Of a DNA stretch of 64,000 nucleotides, positions 39,215-51,500 are shown piece by piece (position 1 is the first letter of the stretch; each line of letters begins with the position of its first letter). The translations under genes were made by a program, and so were the position numbers. The notes beneath the pieces were generated by a model. It saw only the letters and a list, made by a program, of their open reading frames with translations, ran no database searches and was not told where the DNA came from. The DNA is from Gammaproteobacteria bacterium. Lineage in GTDB: Bacteria; Pseudomonadota; Gammaproteobacteria; GCA-001735895. The DNA is taken from assembly GCA_022340305.1 (NCBI GenBank), contig JAJDOF010000069.1, positions 26,277 through 90,276 of the forward strand, written 5' to 3'.

Positions 39215-40194
39215 CCCTCACCCCCGGACTGACGGGCGGACGGACCTACTATCATGGACATCACCGCCATGCGCACCGAGATGCCAAAACTGACCTGTTG
39301 CAGGATGACCGACTGTTTGCCATCCATTACGCTGGATTCGATTTCAACACCCCGGTTGGCAGGCCCCGGGTGCATTACGATGGCATCCGGCCGGGCGCGT
39401 TGCAGGCGTTCCTGCGAAAGGCCGTACTGGCGGAAATATTCTTTTTCGCTGGGTAACAGCGCACCGCGCATGCGCTCTTTTTGCAGGCGCAGCATGATGA
39501 CCACGTCGACGTCGGCAAGCCCCTGTTCGAGGTTATCGTAAACCTTGACCCCGAGCGACTCGACCGCGAAAGGCAATAATGTGCGCGGTGCGATCACCCG
39601 TACTTCGGCGGTATGCAGCAGGTTGAGCGCATGAATTTGGGAACGCGCGACGCGCGAATGCAGGATGTCGCCGACGATGGCGACGCGTAAACCAGTGAAA
39701 TCCTTTTTGTAATGCCGAATGGTGTACATGTCGAGCATCGCCTGGGTAGGATGTTCGTGTTGGCCATCGCCGGCGTTGAGCACCGATACGCCCGGGCGTA
39801 CGTGCTGTGCAAAGAAGTGCGCGCTGCCACTGTCCTGGTGGCGGATCACGAACATGTCGATCTGCATCGCCTCGAGGTTTTGCAGAGTATCGAGCAGCGA
39901 CTCGCCTTTGACGGTAGCCGAGGTATCGACGTTCAGACTCAGAATGTCGGCCGACAGTCGCTGCTCTGCGAGTTCAAAGGTCGAGCGCGTGCGTGTACTC
40001 GCCTCGAAAAACAAATTGGCGACGGTTTTGCCGCGCAGAATCGGGACCTTCTTGACGGTGCGGTCGGTAACCGAGGTGAACGACTCGGCGGTATCGAGGA
40101 TCTCGGTCAGGATCGTTTGATCGAGGCCTTCGATGCTGAGAAAGTGCCGCAACCTGCCATTTTCGTCGAGTTGAATATTACGAGTCGACATCAC
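39211..40194 (-). CDS. pyrB: Aspartate carbamoyltransferase catalytic subunit
   Basis: STRTR carbamoyl-phosphate-binding motif ([10 protein letters not shown]) and an HPTQ motif. Confidence 0.9.
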   Translation of the reverse strand: MMSTRNIQLDENGRLRHFLSIEGLDQTILTEILDTAESFTSVTDRTVKKVPILRGKTVANLFFEASTRTRSTFELAEQRLSADILSLNVDTSATVKGESLLDTLQNLEAMQIDMFVIRHQDSGSAHFFAQHVRPGVSVLNAGDGQHEHPTQAMLDMYTIRHYKKDFTGLRVAIVGDILHSRVARSQIHALNLLHTAEVRVIAPRTLLPFAVESLGVKVYDNLEQGLADVDVVIMLRLQKERMRGALLPSEKEYFRQYGLSQERLQRARPDAIVMHPGPANRGVEIESSVMDGKQSVILQQVSFGISVRMAVMSMIVGPSARQSGGEG

Positions 40195-40693
40195 GATCCA
40201 GAGTTTTTATGACCAGTTGCAGTGGCTCGGGCCCTTCCAGCTTGATGTGACTGTTACTGTCCAACGAAAGGCTCGCGCCGACGAAATCGGCCTGTACCGG
40301 TATTTCACGTTGGCCGCGATCGATCAGGATGGCGAGTAGAATTTTTTGCGGACGACCATAGTCGAATATCACATTCATCGCGGCGCGCACGGTTCTGCCC
40401 GATTGCAAAACGTCGTCGATCAGGATGATAGTGCTGCCATCGATGTCGGTTGGCAGGGATGAGGGCTTTACGACCGGATGCAGTCCCTTGCGGGTGAAAT
40501 CGTCACGGTAGAAGGAGATGTCGAGACGCCCCAGTTCGGCTGCGGGCGCCAGGCGCCGGCGAATTTGCTCGGCGATCCAGACGCCGCCGGTTTCGATGCC
40601 GACGATGACAGGTTGCGATTCGGGATTTGAAAAATAGGGGGTCAGTGCCTGGGTGAGCTTTTCGATCAGTGATTCAACTGAGGGTAGGGACAC
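40178..40693 (-). CDS. pyrR: Bifunctional pyrimidine operon regulator / uracil phosphoribosyltransferase PyrR
   Basis: PRTase motif [16 protein letters not shown], 171 aa. Confidence 0.85.
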   Translation of the reverse strand: MSLPSVESLIEKLTQALTPYFSNPESQPVIVGIETGGVWIAEQIRRRLAPAAELGRLDISFYRDDFTRKGLHPVVKPSSLPTDIDGSTIILIDDVLQSGRTVRAAMNVIFDYGRPQKILLAILIDRGQREIPVQADFVGASLSLDSNSHIKLEGPEPLQLVIKTLDRDVDS

Positions 40694-40852
40694 ACAAACT
40701 CCGCTTGTCTGATTGCGGACGCTTTATAGCATAAAAACGTTTTGAATACAGTAGTTCGGCATGCTGGACGAGCTACAGGAAACCGCATGGCGCAACACCA
40801 GGGCACTATACGACGAGAGGTGAATGTCCGATAAGATCGATGCGGATGGTGA

Positions 40853-41266
40853 TTACTCGGCTACTTCGTTCTGTAACCAGGATTCGGTGATTATGGCAGC
40901 GGACAGGCTGTCGATTTCTGTCTTGCTCTTGTGCTGTTCGGCGTCGAATGCAATCTGGTAGGCTTCGCGCGTCGTCAGGCGTTCGTCGACCATACAGGTG
41001 GTTATGCCAAAGCGCCCTTCCAGCTGGCGTCCAAAGCGCTTCGCGCGAGCGGTCATCTCGTCGTCATCACCATTCATGCTGAGCGGCAGGCCGACGACTA
41101 ACTGCTGCGGCCGCCAATCCTCGAGCAGGCGCGCAATGGCTTTCCAGTCGCTGTTTCTAAGTGCTGGCAGGGGCGTGGCCTCGCGGGTCAGCGTTTGCCC
41201 CACGGCAACGCCGATCCAGTATGAGCCAAAATCGAAACCAATAACCGTGGTTATCTGGTCAGGCAT
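40853..41266 (-). CDS. ruvX: Putative pre-16S rRNA nuclease / Holliday-junction-resolvase-like YqgF (RuvX)
   Basis: VIGFDFGSYWIGVAVG… RNase H-like fold, 137 aa. Confidence 0.85.
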   Translation of the reverse strand: MPDQITTVIGFDFGSYWIGVAVGQTLTREATPLPALRNSDWKAIARLLEDWRPQQLVVGLPLSMNGDDDEMTARAKRFGRQLEGRFGITTCMVDERLTTREAYQIAFDAEQHKSKTEIDSLSAAIITESWLQNEVAE

Positions 41267-41825
41267 TCCCGCTCACGGGTGAGAGCATGTTGATGTCGAA
41301 TCCCAGGGTGTCGAAGGCAACCTGCCACTTGTCTTCAGGCTTTTGATGAAACAGCAGGTCGGCGTCACAGTCCGCCGTGAGCCATGAATTCTGCTGCAAT
41401 TCGGCTTCAAGCTGGCCGGAGGCCCAACCTGAAAAACCCAGAATAACCAGAAAATCCTGCGGCCCCTGACCCCGGGCGAGGGCCTGTAGGATATCCAGCG
41501 AGCTGGTCAGGTGTATACCGGTGGAAACCTCGATACTGCTCTGCCATGGCCCTGCGTGAGAATGCAACACGAAGCCCTGTTCCAACTGTACCGGCCCACC
41601 GACATAAACCGGCTGATTCTTGATGGCCTCGTCTTCGCAGTGGATATCCAGCTGGCGAAATACGTCATCGAGAACCTGTGAAGTTTCATGGTTGACGACC
41701 AATCCCATACTGCCTTTTTCACTGTGTTCGCACATGTAAACCAGGCTGGAGGCAAAAATCGGGTCCTTGATTGCAGGAGTTGCGATCAGGCATCTATCAA
41801 CGAGGCTGGCAGTTTGCTGTTCCAT
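41259..41825 (-). CDS. algH: YqgE/AlgH-family protein
   Basis: 188 aa. Pseudomonas synteny algH-yqgF. Confidence 0.8.
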   Translation of the reverse strand: MEQQTASLVDRCLIATPAIKDPIFASSLVYMCEHSEKGSMGLVVNHETSQVLDDVFRQLDIHCEDEAIKNQPVYVGGPVQLEQGFVLHSHAGPWQSSIEVSTGIHLTSSLDILQALARGQGPQDFLVILGFSGWASGQLEAELQQNSWLTADCDADLLFHQKPEDKWQVAFDTLGFDINMLSPVSGNA

Positions 41826-41834
41826 GACAGGCGT

Positions 41835-42740
41835 TTAGCTTACTCCGCTTTTGGTTTGAAATCGATTGCTTTTGAAATCCCAGGTTCGAATGATGACGAT
41901 CTGGTCGGCGCGATCCCTGAGCTCGTCAGAAAACGCAGGGAACGGCTGCGCCATGCGCAGGATCTGTTTGGCTGCTTCGTCGAGTATCGGCTTACCCGAA
42001 GAGCTGGTAATCTGCATGTCAAGCACCTCACCGTCGGCATTGATGCGCACGCTCATGCGCAAGCGCCCGCTCAGGTTTTTGAGTCTGGCTTCCCGCGGAT
42101 AGTTCAAATTACCGGTGTGTTCGATTTTCTGCACCCAGGATGCCAGGTAACTGGCCTCGACCGCCTTGCGGGTGCTTGCGGTTAACGTCACGATTCGAGG
42201 CCGTTTGGCAAAATTAACCGCCATTTCCCGGATTTCGGCCTGCAGCCGTGCAATCTTGCTGGCGCGCTGTTCGGCCTCGCTAGCGGGTTTGCTGTCCGAT
42301 TCCTGCGCATGGCTCTGGCGGGATTTCTGGATCTCGCTGTCTGACTCCTGCTGTGTCAGAAAGTAAAGTTTGCTGAGCGTCAGTTGCTGCTTGCGCAATT
42401 CGATACGGTCCTGGTCGGAGAGCCCTTTCTGGTCGATCGGCGTGGGCGTGGATACCGGTGCGCTGGGCCGCGCCTTTTCATCGGCGTTGCCGCCACCGGC
42501 CTGGTCGACCTGGGCCAGGTAATCCGGATTTTCCACGGTCTCGAAGCTCTTAGAGTTGGCAATAATGATCTCGAGGCTCGGCAGGGGCTCCGCGTTTTTG
42601 CTGTCGCTTTGCGTAAAACCGACACCGAGTACGACTATGGCATGCAGGGTTAGCGCCAGGAACAACGTGAACCCGAGTCGATCACTGGCAGAGATACGCG
42701 GACCTATTGCCGCGGGGGGGATGGATTGGGCTTGAGCCAT
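41835..42740 (-). CDS. tonB: TonB-family energy transducer (TonB3-like)
   Basis: N-terminal TM anchor followed by a Pro/charged linker and a C-terminal TonB domain. The position matches Pseudomonas tonB3 next to the pil-chp cluster. Confidence 0.7.
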   Translation of the reverse strand: MAQAQSIPPAAIGPRISASDRLGFTLFLALTLHAIVVLGVGFTQSDSKNAEPLPSLEIIIANSKSFETVENPDYLAQVDQAGGGNADEKARPSAPVSTPTPIDQKGLSDQDRIELRKQQLTLSKLYFLTQQESDSEIQKSRQSHAQESDSKPASEAEQRASKIARLQAEIREMAVNFAKRPRIVTLTASTRKAVEASYLASWVQKIEHTGNLNYPREARLKNLSGRLRMSVRINADGEVLDMQITSSSGKPILDEAAKQILRMAQPFPAFSDELRDRADQIVIIRTWDFKSNRFQTKSGVS

Positions 42741-42775
42741 ATTGGAAATCTATTTTGCCTATTCATGCGCCTGCA

Positions 42776-43795
42776 TCAATCGATAATTATAACCGGCCAA
42801 TGGGTGAGGATATCGATTTTCTGTGCGAATGACCGGCTGATCTGAATCTCCCGTGTTTCACTGATGATCAGATAATCCTTGATCTCGAGAGATTGTGACA
42901 GTTCTCGCGGGTGACTTGTGCCATCGATCATCAGCGCGGTTGCGGCGACGTCGGCGCGTACCGGATCATTGCCCAGCACGGTAGCGGAGCTTTGACCGCG
43001 AGCAGGTTTGCCGCTGCGTGGATCGATGATGTGATGTTGCAGGTCGTTTCCCAGGTAGTAATTACGGGCGTAGTTGCCCGAAGTGAACAGGCTGTGTTTG
43101 CCTTCGAGTTCGACGCTCGCAACGACACCCGGCGCGAATGGGTTTTGTATGCCGATGCGCCATGGGTGCCCGAAGCGGCTGCCGGCGATCACCAGATCGC
43201 CACCGGCATTGACGACGTAATCTCGAATACCATTGGCATCAAGAAACTCGCCGATCAATCCGATTGCATAGCCCTTGGCGATACCGCCAAGATCGATTTG
43301 CAGATTCGGGTCATCGCTCCTGGCGATGTTGCCGTCGATACTTAGATCGTGCATATCGGGTATGTCGAGCTGGATTGCAGCCACCGCCTGCGCATCGACC
43401 CTGCCGTCATGGAAGCCGTAGGCGGCGATCAGCTTGCCCATGGCCGGATTGAACAGTCCGCCCGAGGCATCGTAGTATTGCCGGGAGAGTTCGAGCAGGC
43501 GCGCCAGGCTTGGTGGAATTTCGGCGGTCGAATGCTGTTGCAGTTGTCGATTGAAACGACTGAGGTCGCTGTCTTCCCAGGCGTGCCATTGATTACGTTG
43601 GCGTCGCAGGCGCTGTTCTATTTGCTGCAACAGGCTTTCGGCCTGGACCAGATCGGCACTGATTATGGTTATTTCGATAATGGTGCCGAACTCGAGCAAG
43701 TGCTGTTGCACCAGGTGCTGACGCCGTTCGCATCCAGCGAGCAGCGTGACGATGGCACACAGCCCGATCAGGCAGTAAGTCGTCGCTCGATGCAC
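42776..43795 (-). CDS. apbE: FAD:protein FMN transferase ApbE (lipoprotein)
   Basis: Lipobox LLAGC and DLGGIAKGYA motif. Confidence 0.75.
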   Translation of the reverse strand: MHRATTYCLIGLCAIVTLLAGCERRQHLVQQHLLEFGTIIEITIISADLVQAESLLQQIEQRLRRQRNQWHAWEDSDLSRFNRQLQQHSTAEIPPSLARLLELSRQYYDASGGLFNPAMGKLIAAYGFHDGRVDAQAVAAIQLDIPDMHDLSIDGNIARSDDPNLQIDLGGIAKGYAIGLIGEFLDANGIRDYVVNAGGDLVIAGSRFGHPWRIGIQNPFAPGVVASVELEGKHSLFTSGNYARNYYLGNDLQHHIIDPRSGKPARGQSSATVLGNDPVRADVAATALMIDGTSHPRELSQSLEIKDYLIISETREIQISRSFAQKIDILTHWPVIIID

Positions 43796-44724
43796 TCAAA
43801 CAGGTCTGCGCTGATGTTGATGCCAAATCCGCTATCCAGCTCACGAATACAGGTCGGGCTGGTCACGTTGATCTCGGTGATAAAGTCGCCGATTACGTCG
43901 ATGCCGACGAACAGCAGACCGCGGGCGCTCAATTCTGGGCCAACCTGGTCGCATAACCATTGATCACGTGCACTTAGGGGCTGGCTGCGCGTGCTGGCTC
44001 CGGCAGCGATGTTACCCCGGTTCTCACCAGGCGCAGGCAGGCGGGCGAGCGCATAAGGAATGGCGACCCCGTCGATTAGCAATATGCGTTTGTCGCCGTC
44101 GCTGATTTCCGGAATATAACGTTGCACCATGGTCTGTGAGCTGGCGTCCCGGGAAACCGCCTCAATGATGGCATTGGTATTGGCATCGCCTGACTGTACG
44201 CGAAAAATCGAGCGACCACCCATACCATCCAGCGGCTTGATAATGGTGTCCCGGTGCTTGTCGATGAATTCTTTCAACAAGACTGGATTCCGACTGACCA
44301 GCGTGTCGACACAGCACTGCGGGAACACGCGCGTGAAGAGTTTTTCGTTGCAATCGCGCAGACTGGCAGGCTTGTTGACGATCAGCACTCCATTCTCCTC
44401 GGCCTGCTCAAGCATGTAGGTGCAGTAAATATACTCCAGGTCAAACGGCGGATCCTTGCGCATCAGGATGACGTCAAGGTCGTCGAGCCGGCATCGGCCT
44501 GCCTCACCGTATTCAAACCAGTGCTGGTTATCATCAAACAGGCTGAGCATTTTGAATTGACCCATGGCGATACCGTTATCGAGGTAAATATCGTCGAGCA
44601 GGAAATAAAATATCTGCCAGCCACGGGTCTGGGCTTCGAGCATCATTGCCAGGCTTGAATCCTTGTAGGGCGTGATAGATTCGATCGGATCCATTACGAT
44701 TCCGAGTTTGCGCGCTTGAGTCAT
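43768..44724 (-). CDS. gshB: Glutathione synthetase
   Basis: MTQARKLGIVMDPIESITPYKDSS aligns with the E. coli GshB N-terminus. ATP-grasp fold. Confidence 0.9.
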   Translation of the reverse strand: MTQARKLGIVMDPIESITPYKDSSLAMMLEAQTRGWQIFYFLLDDIYLDNGIAMGQFKMLSLFDDNQHWFEYGEAGRCRLDDLDVILMRKDPPFDLEYIYCTYMLEQAEENGVLIVNKPASLRDCNEKLFTRVFPQCCVDTLVSRNPVLLKEFIDKHRDTIIKPLDGMGGRSIFRVQSGDANTNAIIEAVSRDASSQTMVQRYIPEISDGDKRILLIDGVAIPYALARLPAPGENRGNIAAGASTRSQPLSARDQWLCDQVGPELSARGLLFVGIDVIGDFITEINVTSPTCIRELDSGFGINISADLFECIERRLTA

Positions 44725-45022
44725 GGCGGGGATTTCTGGTAGGTCTTGTCGATTAAAATTCGATTTTACTGGAATCGTCGGATATGCACATCAAAATCTC
44801 GTGGAACTACAACGCATTGTGATATTAGGCTTGTTAAATAGCCATTATTGAACTACATTTTTTAGGTTGGGTAGCATTTCAGAAAAAAACTAGCGGCCTG
44901 CTTTTCCGCGTTAGAATTCACATCATGTAGTTTTATTAAATTACTGGTTTTAAATGAGAAATCACCTATAATCATAGGCTTATCGCTAGAGGAATTTCCA
45001 TGCCTAATCTTATGGGGGATAC

Positions 45023-45436
45023 GTGAATACTGAGTCTCAGGCAGCGCAAGGGGTGGAACCGACGATCAACCTGAACGTCAAGGTGATGGTCATTGATGAC
45101 AGCAAGACGATTCGACGCAGTGCGGAAACCCTGCTGAAAAAAGCAGGTTGCGAAGTCGTTACGGCGATAGACGGTTTCGAGGCGCTGGCAAAAATTACCG
45201 AACACAAGCCGGATATTATCTTTGTCGACATCATGATGCCGCGTCTCGATGGTTACCAGACCTGTGCGCTGATCAAGAATAACCAGGCCTTCAAAGGCAC
45301 GCCGGTCATCATGCTTTCGAGCAAGGACAGTATTTTCGATCGCGCCCGTGGGCGCATCGTTGGCTCGGAGAAATATCTGACCAAGCCATTTTCAAAAGAA
45401 GATCTAATCAATGCGATTACCGCACATGTCGGCTAA
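45023..45436 (+). CDS. pilG: Twitching-motility response regulator PilG (CheY-like)
   Basis: KVMVIDDSKTIRR…DIIFVDIMMPRLDGYQTCALIKNN matches PilG nearly residue for residue. GTG start. Confidence 0.9.
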   Translation: MNTESQAAQGVEPTINLNVKVMVIDDSKTIRRSAETLLKKAGCEVVTAIDGFEALAKITEHKPDIIFVDIMMPRLDGYQTCALIKNNQAFKGTPVIMLSSKDSIFDRARGRIVGSEKYLTKPFSKEDLINAITAHVG

Positions 45437-45472
45437 TCAGCGACAAGCATCTGGGCAAGAGAGGAGATTCTG

Positions 45473-45856
45473 ATGACGCATATTCTGATTATTGACGATT
45501 CACCTACCGAGGTACACGTTTTCAGAAATATGCTGATGAATCACGATATCGAGGTTTCGGTCGCTATCAATGGCGAGGAAGGCATCGAGAAGGCGATCGC
45601 GATAAAACCCGATTGCATCTTGATGGACGTAGTCATGCCCGGCAAGAATGGATTTCAGGCAACCCGCGACCTCAGCCGAAACCCGGCGACCTCGGCTATT
45701 CCGGTGATCATTATTACTACCAAGGATCAGGAAACGGACAAGATATGGGGAATGCGCCAGGGCGCGAGGGACTACATCGTCAAGCCTGCTGTTGAACGTG
45801 ATTTGATCGAGCGCATCAACAAAGTGCTCGGTGTTGGCCGCGATTACGAGGCATAG
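45473..45856 (+). CDS. pilH: Response regulator PilH (CheY-like)
   Basis: MTHILIIDDSPTEVH… single REC domain of 127 aa after pilG. Confidence 0.85.
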   Translation: MTHILIIDDSPTEVHVFRNMLMNHDIEVSVAINGEEGIEKAIAIKPDCILMDVVMPGKNGFQATRDLSRNPATSAIPVIIITTKDQETDKIWGMRQGARDYIVKPAVERDLIERINKVLGVGRDYEA

Positions 45857-45869
45857 CGCGGATCCTGCA

Positions 45870-46403
45870 ATGTCGATCGCTTCACCTTATGAAATACTGA
45901 AGCAGCTGGATGCGCGCTGGCGCAATAACTCTTCTGGTTTGCCCGTGGCGAACGCTGACAATGAGGATTGGCTCGGCATTGGATTTGCGATCAACGGCCT
46001 GCCCTTACTGGCAAAAATGGAAGACGTTACCGAGATTTTGCCGGTGCCGGCAACGATTCGGGTACCGGGGGTCAAGCCCTGGGTGTTGGGTCTGGCCAAT
46101 ATTCGCGGAAGCCTGATGCCCGTTCTCGACATGAACGGTTTTCTCTACGGCAAGCCTACCAGTATCCGTAAGGAGAGCAGAATATTGATTATTAATCGAC
46201 AGGCCCTGGTCGCCTGTCTGTTGGTCGATGAGGTGTTCGGTTTGCGGCGATTTAAACCCGAAGAGCATCGCCAGGAAGTCACTCCAGACACCGGTACGCT
46301 GGGTGATTACCTGTCGGGGCTATTTGTCGATCAAGTTCGTAGCTGGAATGTTTTCAGCGTTGAAAAATTGATCCGTACCGAGCAGTTTATGCGGGTTGTC
46401 TAA
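45870..46403 (+). CDS. pilI: CheW-like coupling protein PilI
   Basis: The CheW domain aligns with PilI (…LPGVKPWVLGLANIRGSLMPVLDM…). Start placed at ATG 45870 rather than the track's 45831, which lies inside pilH. Confidence 0.8.
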   Translation: MSIASPYEILKQLDARWRNNSSGLPVANADNEDWLGIGFAINGLPLLAKMEDVTEILPVPATIRVPGVKPWVLGLANIRGSLMPVLDMNGFLYGKPTSIRKESRILIINRQALVACLLVDEVFGLRRFKPEEHRQEVTPDTGTLGDYLSGLFVDQVRSWNVFSVEKLIRTEQFMRVV

Positions 46404-46437
46404 AAATGGTTAGCAAATTATCGAGGAAGCGGTAGCC

Positions 46438-48585
46438 GTGTTAGGTAAAATCAAAAGCCTGGTTTCGGGCGGCAAGGGCAGTAGTCCGGTTCCGTCTGGC
46501 AAGGGCGGAGGTTCGATCGACAGGAAGGCTGTAATGGTTGGAATCTTGTTGATATTGTCGGTAATGGTGATGCTGCTGATGTTCAGTCTGGAGAGCTCGA
46601 AAACCCGCAGGAACAAGGTTTATAGTTCGATTGCTTTTCAGCAACAGGTTATATCTCAGCAAATTGCAGTGAGCGCACTCGAGGCGGCCGCTGGTAGAGA
46701 AAAGGCGTTCGAACGCCTCGCCACCGATCAGCAGCGCTTCTTAGGCACGCTTTCCATATATGACAATGGTGATGGCGATGCCAATCTACCACCGTTACCG
46801 CTGGATTTTTCAGCTGAATTCGCCAGTCTGAAGGCTGCATGGAGTAATTATGACCGGCATATCTCTTCGGTGGTGGCGGCCAAAAACTCGATTGCGACCG
46901 TCAATGAATACGTCACACAGATCAACGAATCACTGCCGGAATTGCGATCGCTTGCCGACCAGGTGGTTAGCGACCTGGTAAGGTCGCAAGCAGCGCGTGA
47001 AAGCATTGCGGTCGCCGCCCGCCAGGTAGTCCTGGTGCGAAGTATCGAGCACAGCCTCAACCAGATCCTGAACGATAGTGCGGTAGTGATGGCTGCCGCT
47101 GATCGTTTTGCCGCCGATGCGCAGCAGCTTGAGAAACAGCTTTACGCGATGCTGGATGGTGATTCGACATTGGGAATTACCAAGATAAGCAATGCGCAGG
47201 CGGTTGCCAACCTGGTGCAATTCGCCGACCTCTATTCAGTGGTGCGTAAAAACGTGCGTGAAATTCTGGATAACTCGGCACAGATATTCAAGGTTCATGA
47301 AGCGGCGTTGAAAATTGAGGAAATCAGCCCGCAGCTGTTAGCCACGTCGGTGGCGTTGATCGAATCGATTCGACTCAATGATGATGCGAGCCGGGTCTAT
47401 ATCCGGGTGGGTTTTGCCTTCGGCGGGCTTGCCGTGTTGTTGCTGATCGGATTGATCGTGATTATTGCGCGCGAGTCGAAGGCCGGCCTGGTTGAATCGC
47501 AAGCGCAGAATGAGCGTAACCAACGCGCCATTTTGCGGCTTCTTGATGAAATGACCAATCTGGCTGACGGTGACCTGTCGACCCATACCACGGTCACCGA
47601 AGATATCACCGGCGCGATTGCCGATTCGGTAAACTATTCGATCGATGCGTTGCGTGATCTGGTCAGTACTATTAACAATACTGCAAACCAGGTACGGAGC
47701 GCGGTGCGCAAGACCCAGAATATGACCGGCGAACTGGCCGAGGCCAGTGACGCGCAGGCGAGCAAAATCATTGCCGCCAGTAGCACGATTACCGCAATAT
47801 CAAAGTCCATGTCGGAGGTTTCAGATCGCGCCTCGGATTCGGCTGAAGTGGCGCGCAAATCTGTCAGCATTGCACACAAGGGAAGTGAGACGGTACGCCA
47901 GACTATCGATGGTATGGAAACCATACGCGAGCAGATACAGGAGACCTCCAAGCGTATTAAACGCCTCGGCGAATCTTCCCAGGAGATTGGTGACATCGTC
48001 AATCTGATTACTGAAATTTCTGACCAGACGAATATCCTGGCGCTTAATGCCGCCATCCAGGCGTCGATGGCGGGCGAGGCAGGTCGTGGTTTCGCGGTGG
48101 TTGCCGATGAAGTGCAGCGTCTCGCCGAACGGACCGGTGATGCGACCAAGCAGATAGAGGCCCTGGTGAAAACCATCCAGGCCGACACCAACGAAGCCAC
48201 GGTATCAATGGAGCAAAGCACCGCTAACGTGGTCAAGGGCGCCAAGCTGACCGAAAACGCGGGTGGCGCGCTTGATCGGATCGAACAGGTCTCGATGAAC
48301 CTGGCGCAACGCATTCTCGAAATATCCGATTCGACGCGTGATCAGGCGCGGGAGAGCGTCAAGATTACCGAAATTATGGATGTTATTCAGGAAATCACTG
48401 TCAAGACTTCAGAAGGATCGACCAGGGCCTCTGAATCGATCGGTGAATTGTCGGCCATGGTCAAGGTTATGCAGACTTCGGTCGCAGGCTTCAAGCTGCC
48501 GGGCGTCGTGGGTGCCCAGGATACCCTGATACGGCCGGTGGATGATCGCTCCGAAGTCAGTCGGGTCGCCGTGGCCGGGAAATAG
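46438..48585 (+). CDS. pilJ: Methyl-accepting chemotaxis protein PilJ
   Basis: N-terminal TM helix, a periplasmic domain, a second TM helix, HAMP, and an MCP signalling domain with the highly conserved ALNAAIQAS region. Confidence 0.9.
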   Translation: MLGKIKSLVSGGKGSSPVPSGKGGGSIDRKAVMVGILLILSVMVMLLMFSLESSKTRRNKVYSSIAFQQQVISQQIAVSALEAAAGREKAFERLATDQQRFLGTLSIYDNGDGDANLPPLPLDFSAEFASLKAAWSNYDRHISSVVAAKNSIATVNEYVTQINESLPELRSLADQVVSDLVRSQAARESIAVAARQVVLVRSIEHSLNQILNDSAVVMAAADRFAADAQQLEKQLYAMLDGDSTLGITKISNAQAVANLVQFADLYSVVRKNVREILDNSAQIFKVHEAALKIEEISPQLLATSVALIESIRLNDDASRVYIRVGFAFGGLAVLLLIGLIVIIARESKAGLVESQAQNERNQRAILRLLDEMTNLADGDLSTHTTVTEDITGAIADSVNYSIDALRDLVSTINNTANQVRSAVRKTQNMTGELAEASDAQASKIIAASSTITAISKSMSEVSDRASDSAEVARKSVSIAHKGSETVRQTIDGMETIREQIQETSKRIKRLGESSQEIGDIVNLITEISDQTNILALNAAIQASMAGEAGRGFAVVADEVQRLAERTGDATKQIEALVKTIQADTNEATVSMEQSTANVVKGAKLTENAGGALDRIEQVSMNLAQRILEISDSTRDQARESVKITEIMDVIQEITVKTSEGSTRASESIGELSAMVKVMQTSVAGFKLPGVVGAQDTLIRPVDDRSEVSRVAVAGK

Positions 48586-48593
48586 GCAGTCGA

Positions 48594-51500
48594 TGAACGC
48601 TCAGGAAATCTCGATCAGACACAGTGCGCTTGGATGGGTTAAAAAATCCATCGATGACAACCTGTCTGAGATAAAGTCTGATCTCAGTCGCTATGTAGAA
48701 AGTAATGAGCAGAGCCTGCTGGAAGGTGTCAAGCAGCGTCTCATCGTAATCCGTGGCGTGCTGGTCATGATCGAGCAGTATGGCGCGGCCATGCTCACCG
48801 AAGAAATGGCCGCGCTGGTTGATTTCATCGTTGCCGAAAAAGAGTCAAAAAATGATCAGGCGCTCGAGGTTTTATTGCGTGCGGTGTTGCAGTTGCCCGA
48901 CTATCTCGAGCACATCCAGTCGGGCCACCGCGATATCCCGATCGCGATACTGCCCCTGCTAAACGACGTTCGCGCTGTAAGAAACCAGGACCTGTTCTCT
49001 GAAAAGCTGCTGTTCCTGCCTGATTTGTCGATGCACGAGGACGCGGCAGAGATCGAAGCGATCGATGACGCGAGCAATCAGGCGTCACGTTTGCTCGTCA
49101 AAAAGCTGCGCCCGGTATATCAGTTGGCACTGGTCAATGTTATCCGTGAGCGGTCGGTCGAAGAAAGCCTGAAGCGGCTGGAAAAAATATGTGAAGCGCT
49201 TGAAGAGCGATCAGTATCAGAACAGATTGCGCGTATTTGGTGGATTGTAGGTGCATTGATCGAGTCGGTTGCACGGCAACACCTTGAGCTCGGTGTTTCG
49301 ATAAAAAATCTGCTCGGCAAGGTGGACGCACTTTTTCGCGTGATCCTGATCATCGGTGAACGCGGCCTGTTGAAACGTCAACCGATAGAATTAATCAAGA
49401 ATTTTCTCTATTACGTTGCCCAGCCTGAGTGTGATGGGCCCAAGGCCCAGGCGATAAAAACCGCATACCGTCTGGAACAGTTTCTGCCGTCAGAATCGGC
49501 GCGAAGTGAAGTACTTAATAATATTGCCGGCCCCAACCAGGCGTTGTTGAAAACCGTTGCCGAGACAATGAAGGCTGAAATCGAGACGATCAAGTCGACG
49601 CTCGAAATATATGTCAACGGCGATCTTTCGAAGGTCGAAGCGCTCAAGGACCTGCCACAGGAAATGCATATCATTTCCGACACCCTGGCGATGATCGGGC
49701 TGGGCGCACAGCGGCAATTGATCGAGTCGCAAATCAAGGTGGTCAAAAATATTCTGGCGGTTGGCAAAGCAGTCGACGAGGAACAGTTACTGTCGATGGC
49801 CGCCGAGTTATTGCAGATCGAGCAGGCACTCGACCAGATGTCGAAACGCCAGTCGAACCGGGCCGAGCAATCGCGCACAGAATCCGACGTGTCACGCGAC
49901 TATGAGCTGGATAGCGTCCTGGCGGCGGTAGTGGCCGCGGCGCTCGACGACATTCAGAAAACCAAGACCGCAATTCTGGAATTCGTCAAGGATCCGGAGC
50001 GCAGTGACAACATCGATCTCTGTATAACCCTGATGCTGGAATCACGCGGTGCCATGCAACTGCTTGAGCAACATCGTGCCGTCACAGTGGTGGACGGATT
50101 GCTGAAGTACCTCAGGGGTTTTGAGGTCAGCAGCTTTATGCAAAGCGCACGTCTGGACGCATTATCGCAGGTCGTGGTTAGTCTCGAATACTTCCTGGAG
50201 GCACTGGGAGAACATCGTAGCGATGCCAACAGTATCCTCGATGTGGCCGATCAGCAATTGCAGCAATTACCAGTCGCCCTGGGTAGTGATAGCGACGTCG
50301 GGCCGGATAATCAAACCTCAGTGTCACTGCAGGAACCTGCCGACGGCAACACCGAAGTAACCGGGGCCGCGCCGGCACAGGGGCTCGTCGCGGAAATTGT
50401 CGAGTCAGCACAGGCCCAGGAGATCGATGACAGTTTCCAGGACACCCAGGTTTTGGCACCGGATGTTGCTCGCGAGAGGCTGGAGAAACCGTGGGTCAGA
50501 ATGTCGACAGAGCCTGTTGCTGAAACGGACGAAGCCACACAGGTTATGAAGCCGGCCGCAGAGGAGTCGCGTGAGGCCAGCGCCAATGCGGTTAGCGACG
50601 CAGAGCAGATGGATGCCACGGTAGTTATGTCGGCCGAAGGGCCCGGCGCTGAAGGGCATGCTATTGCCTCGGCGAGCGCCCGCGCTAAAGCAGGTGCTGA
50701 AGTCACGGCTAATCACGATGCTGCACAAACAGTGGCTTCATCGCGATCCGTGACTGTTGAGGTCGAGCCGGTTAACGATACGGTCGAAGTCCTGAAGTCG
50801 GGTAGTGATCCGGAAATTCTCGAGATTTACCTGGAGGAAGCGGAGGAGGAAGCGTCGAATATCGTACGCCTGCAAAAGGACTGGATGCTACACCCCGAAG
50901 ATGAAAATGCATTGAAAAACATTCGCCGTGCCTTTCATACGATCAAGGGTAGCGGTCGCCTGGTCGGTGCGCTCAAAATTGGTGAGTTTGCCTGGGACTA
51001 CGAACAGTTGTTGAACTGCATAATCGATAAGACGGTGCCACCGGAAAGGCCGGTGATCAATGCCGTCGGGAAAGCCGGGAAGGCACTGACCGAGCTGGTG
51101 CATGAGCTTAAGACCTTCGAGGAGCCCGGTTCCGATATTCCGTACCTGCGCGGCCTGGCGCGGGCGTTGGCAAAATTCAATACAGAAGAGTTGCTGATCG
51201 ACCATACGCAAACCATGTCGATGATTGAATCCCCTTACGATCGCATCACCGATACTGGAGAAGACAAGGACGAAACTGGCGATGACGATTTCGGTGTGAC
51301 GACGCAGCTGATCGAAACTGGCAATGAAGCGGTTGAGTCCCGGGACTGGACTGATGCGGACGCGTCGGACAACCGGTCACCCTCGGCAATTCGAGCGGAG
51401 GTGCAAGCAGCGCCAGCGGCTGACTTCGATAACCGGTACGACGATACCGTGCTGACCCCCGCGCCGCCAGTGACCGCTGATATCAACAGGTACGACGATA

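Noticed and set aside
44725-45022. A putative alternative ATG at 45000 for pilG.
   Set aside because: ATG CCT AAT CTT ATG GGG GAT ACG TGA terminates after 8 codons. The GTG at 45023 gives a full PilG.
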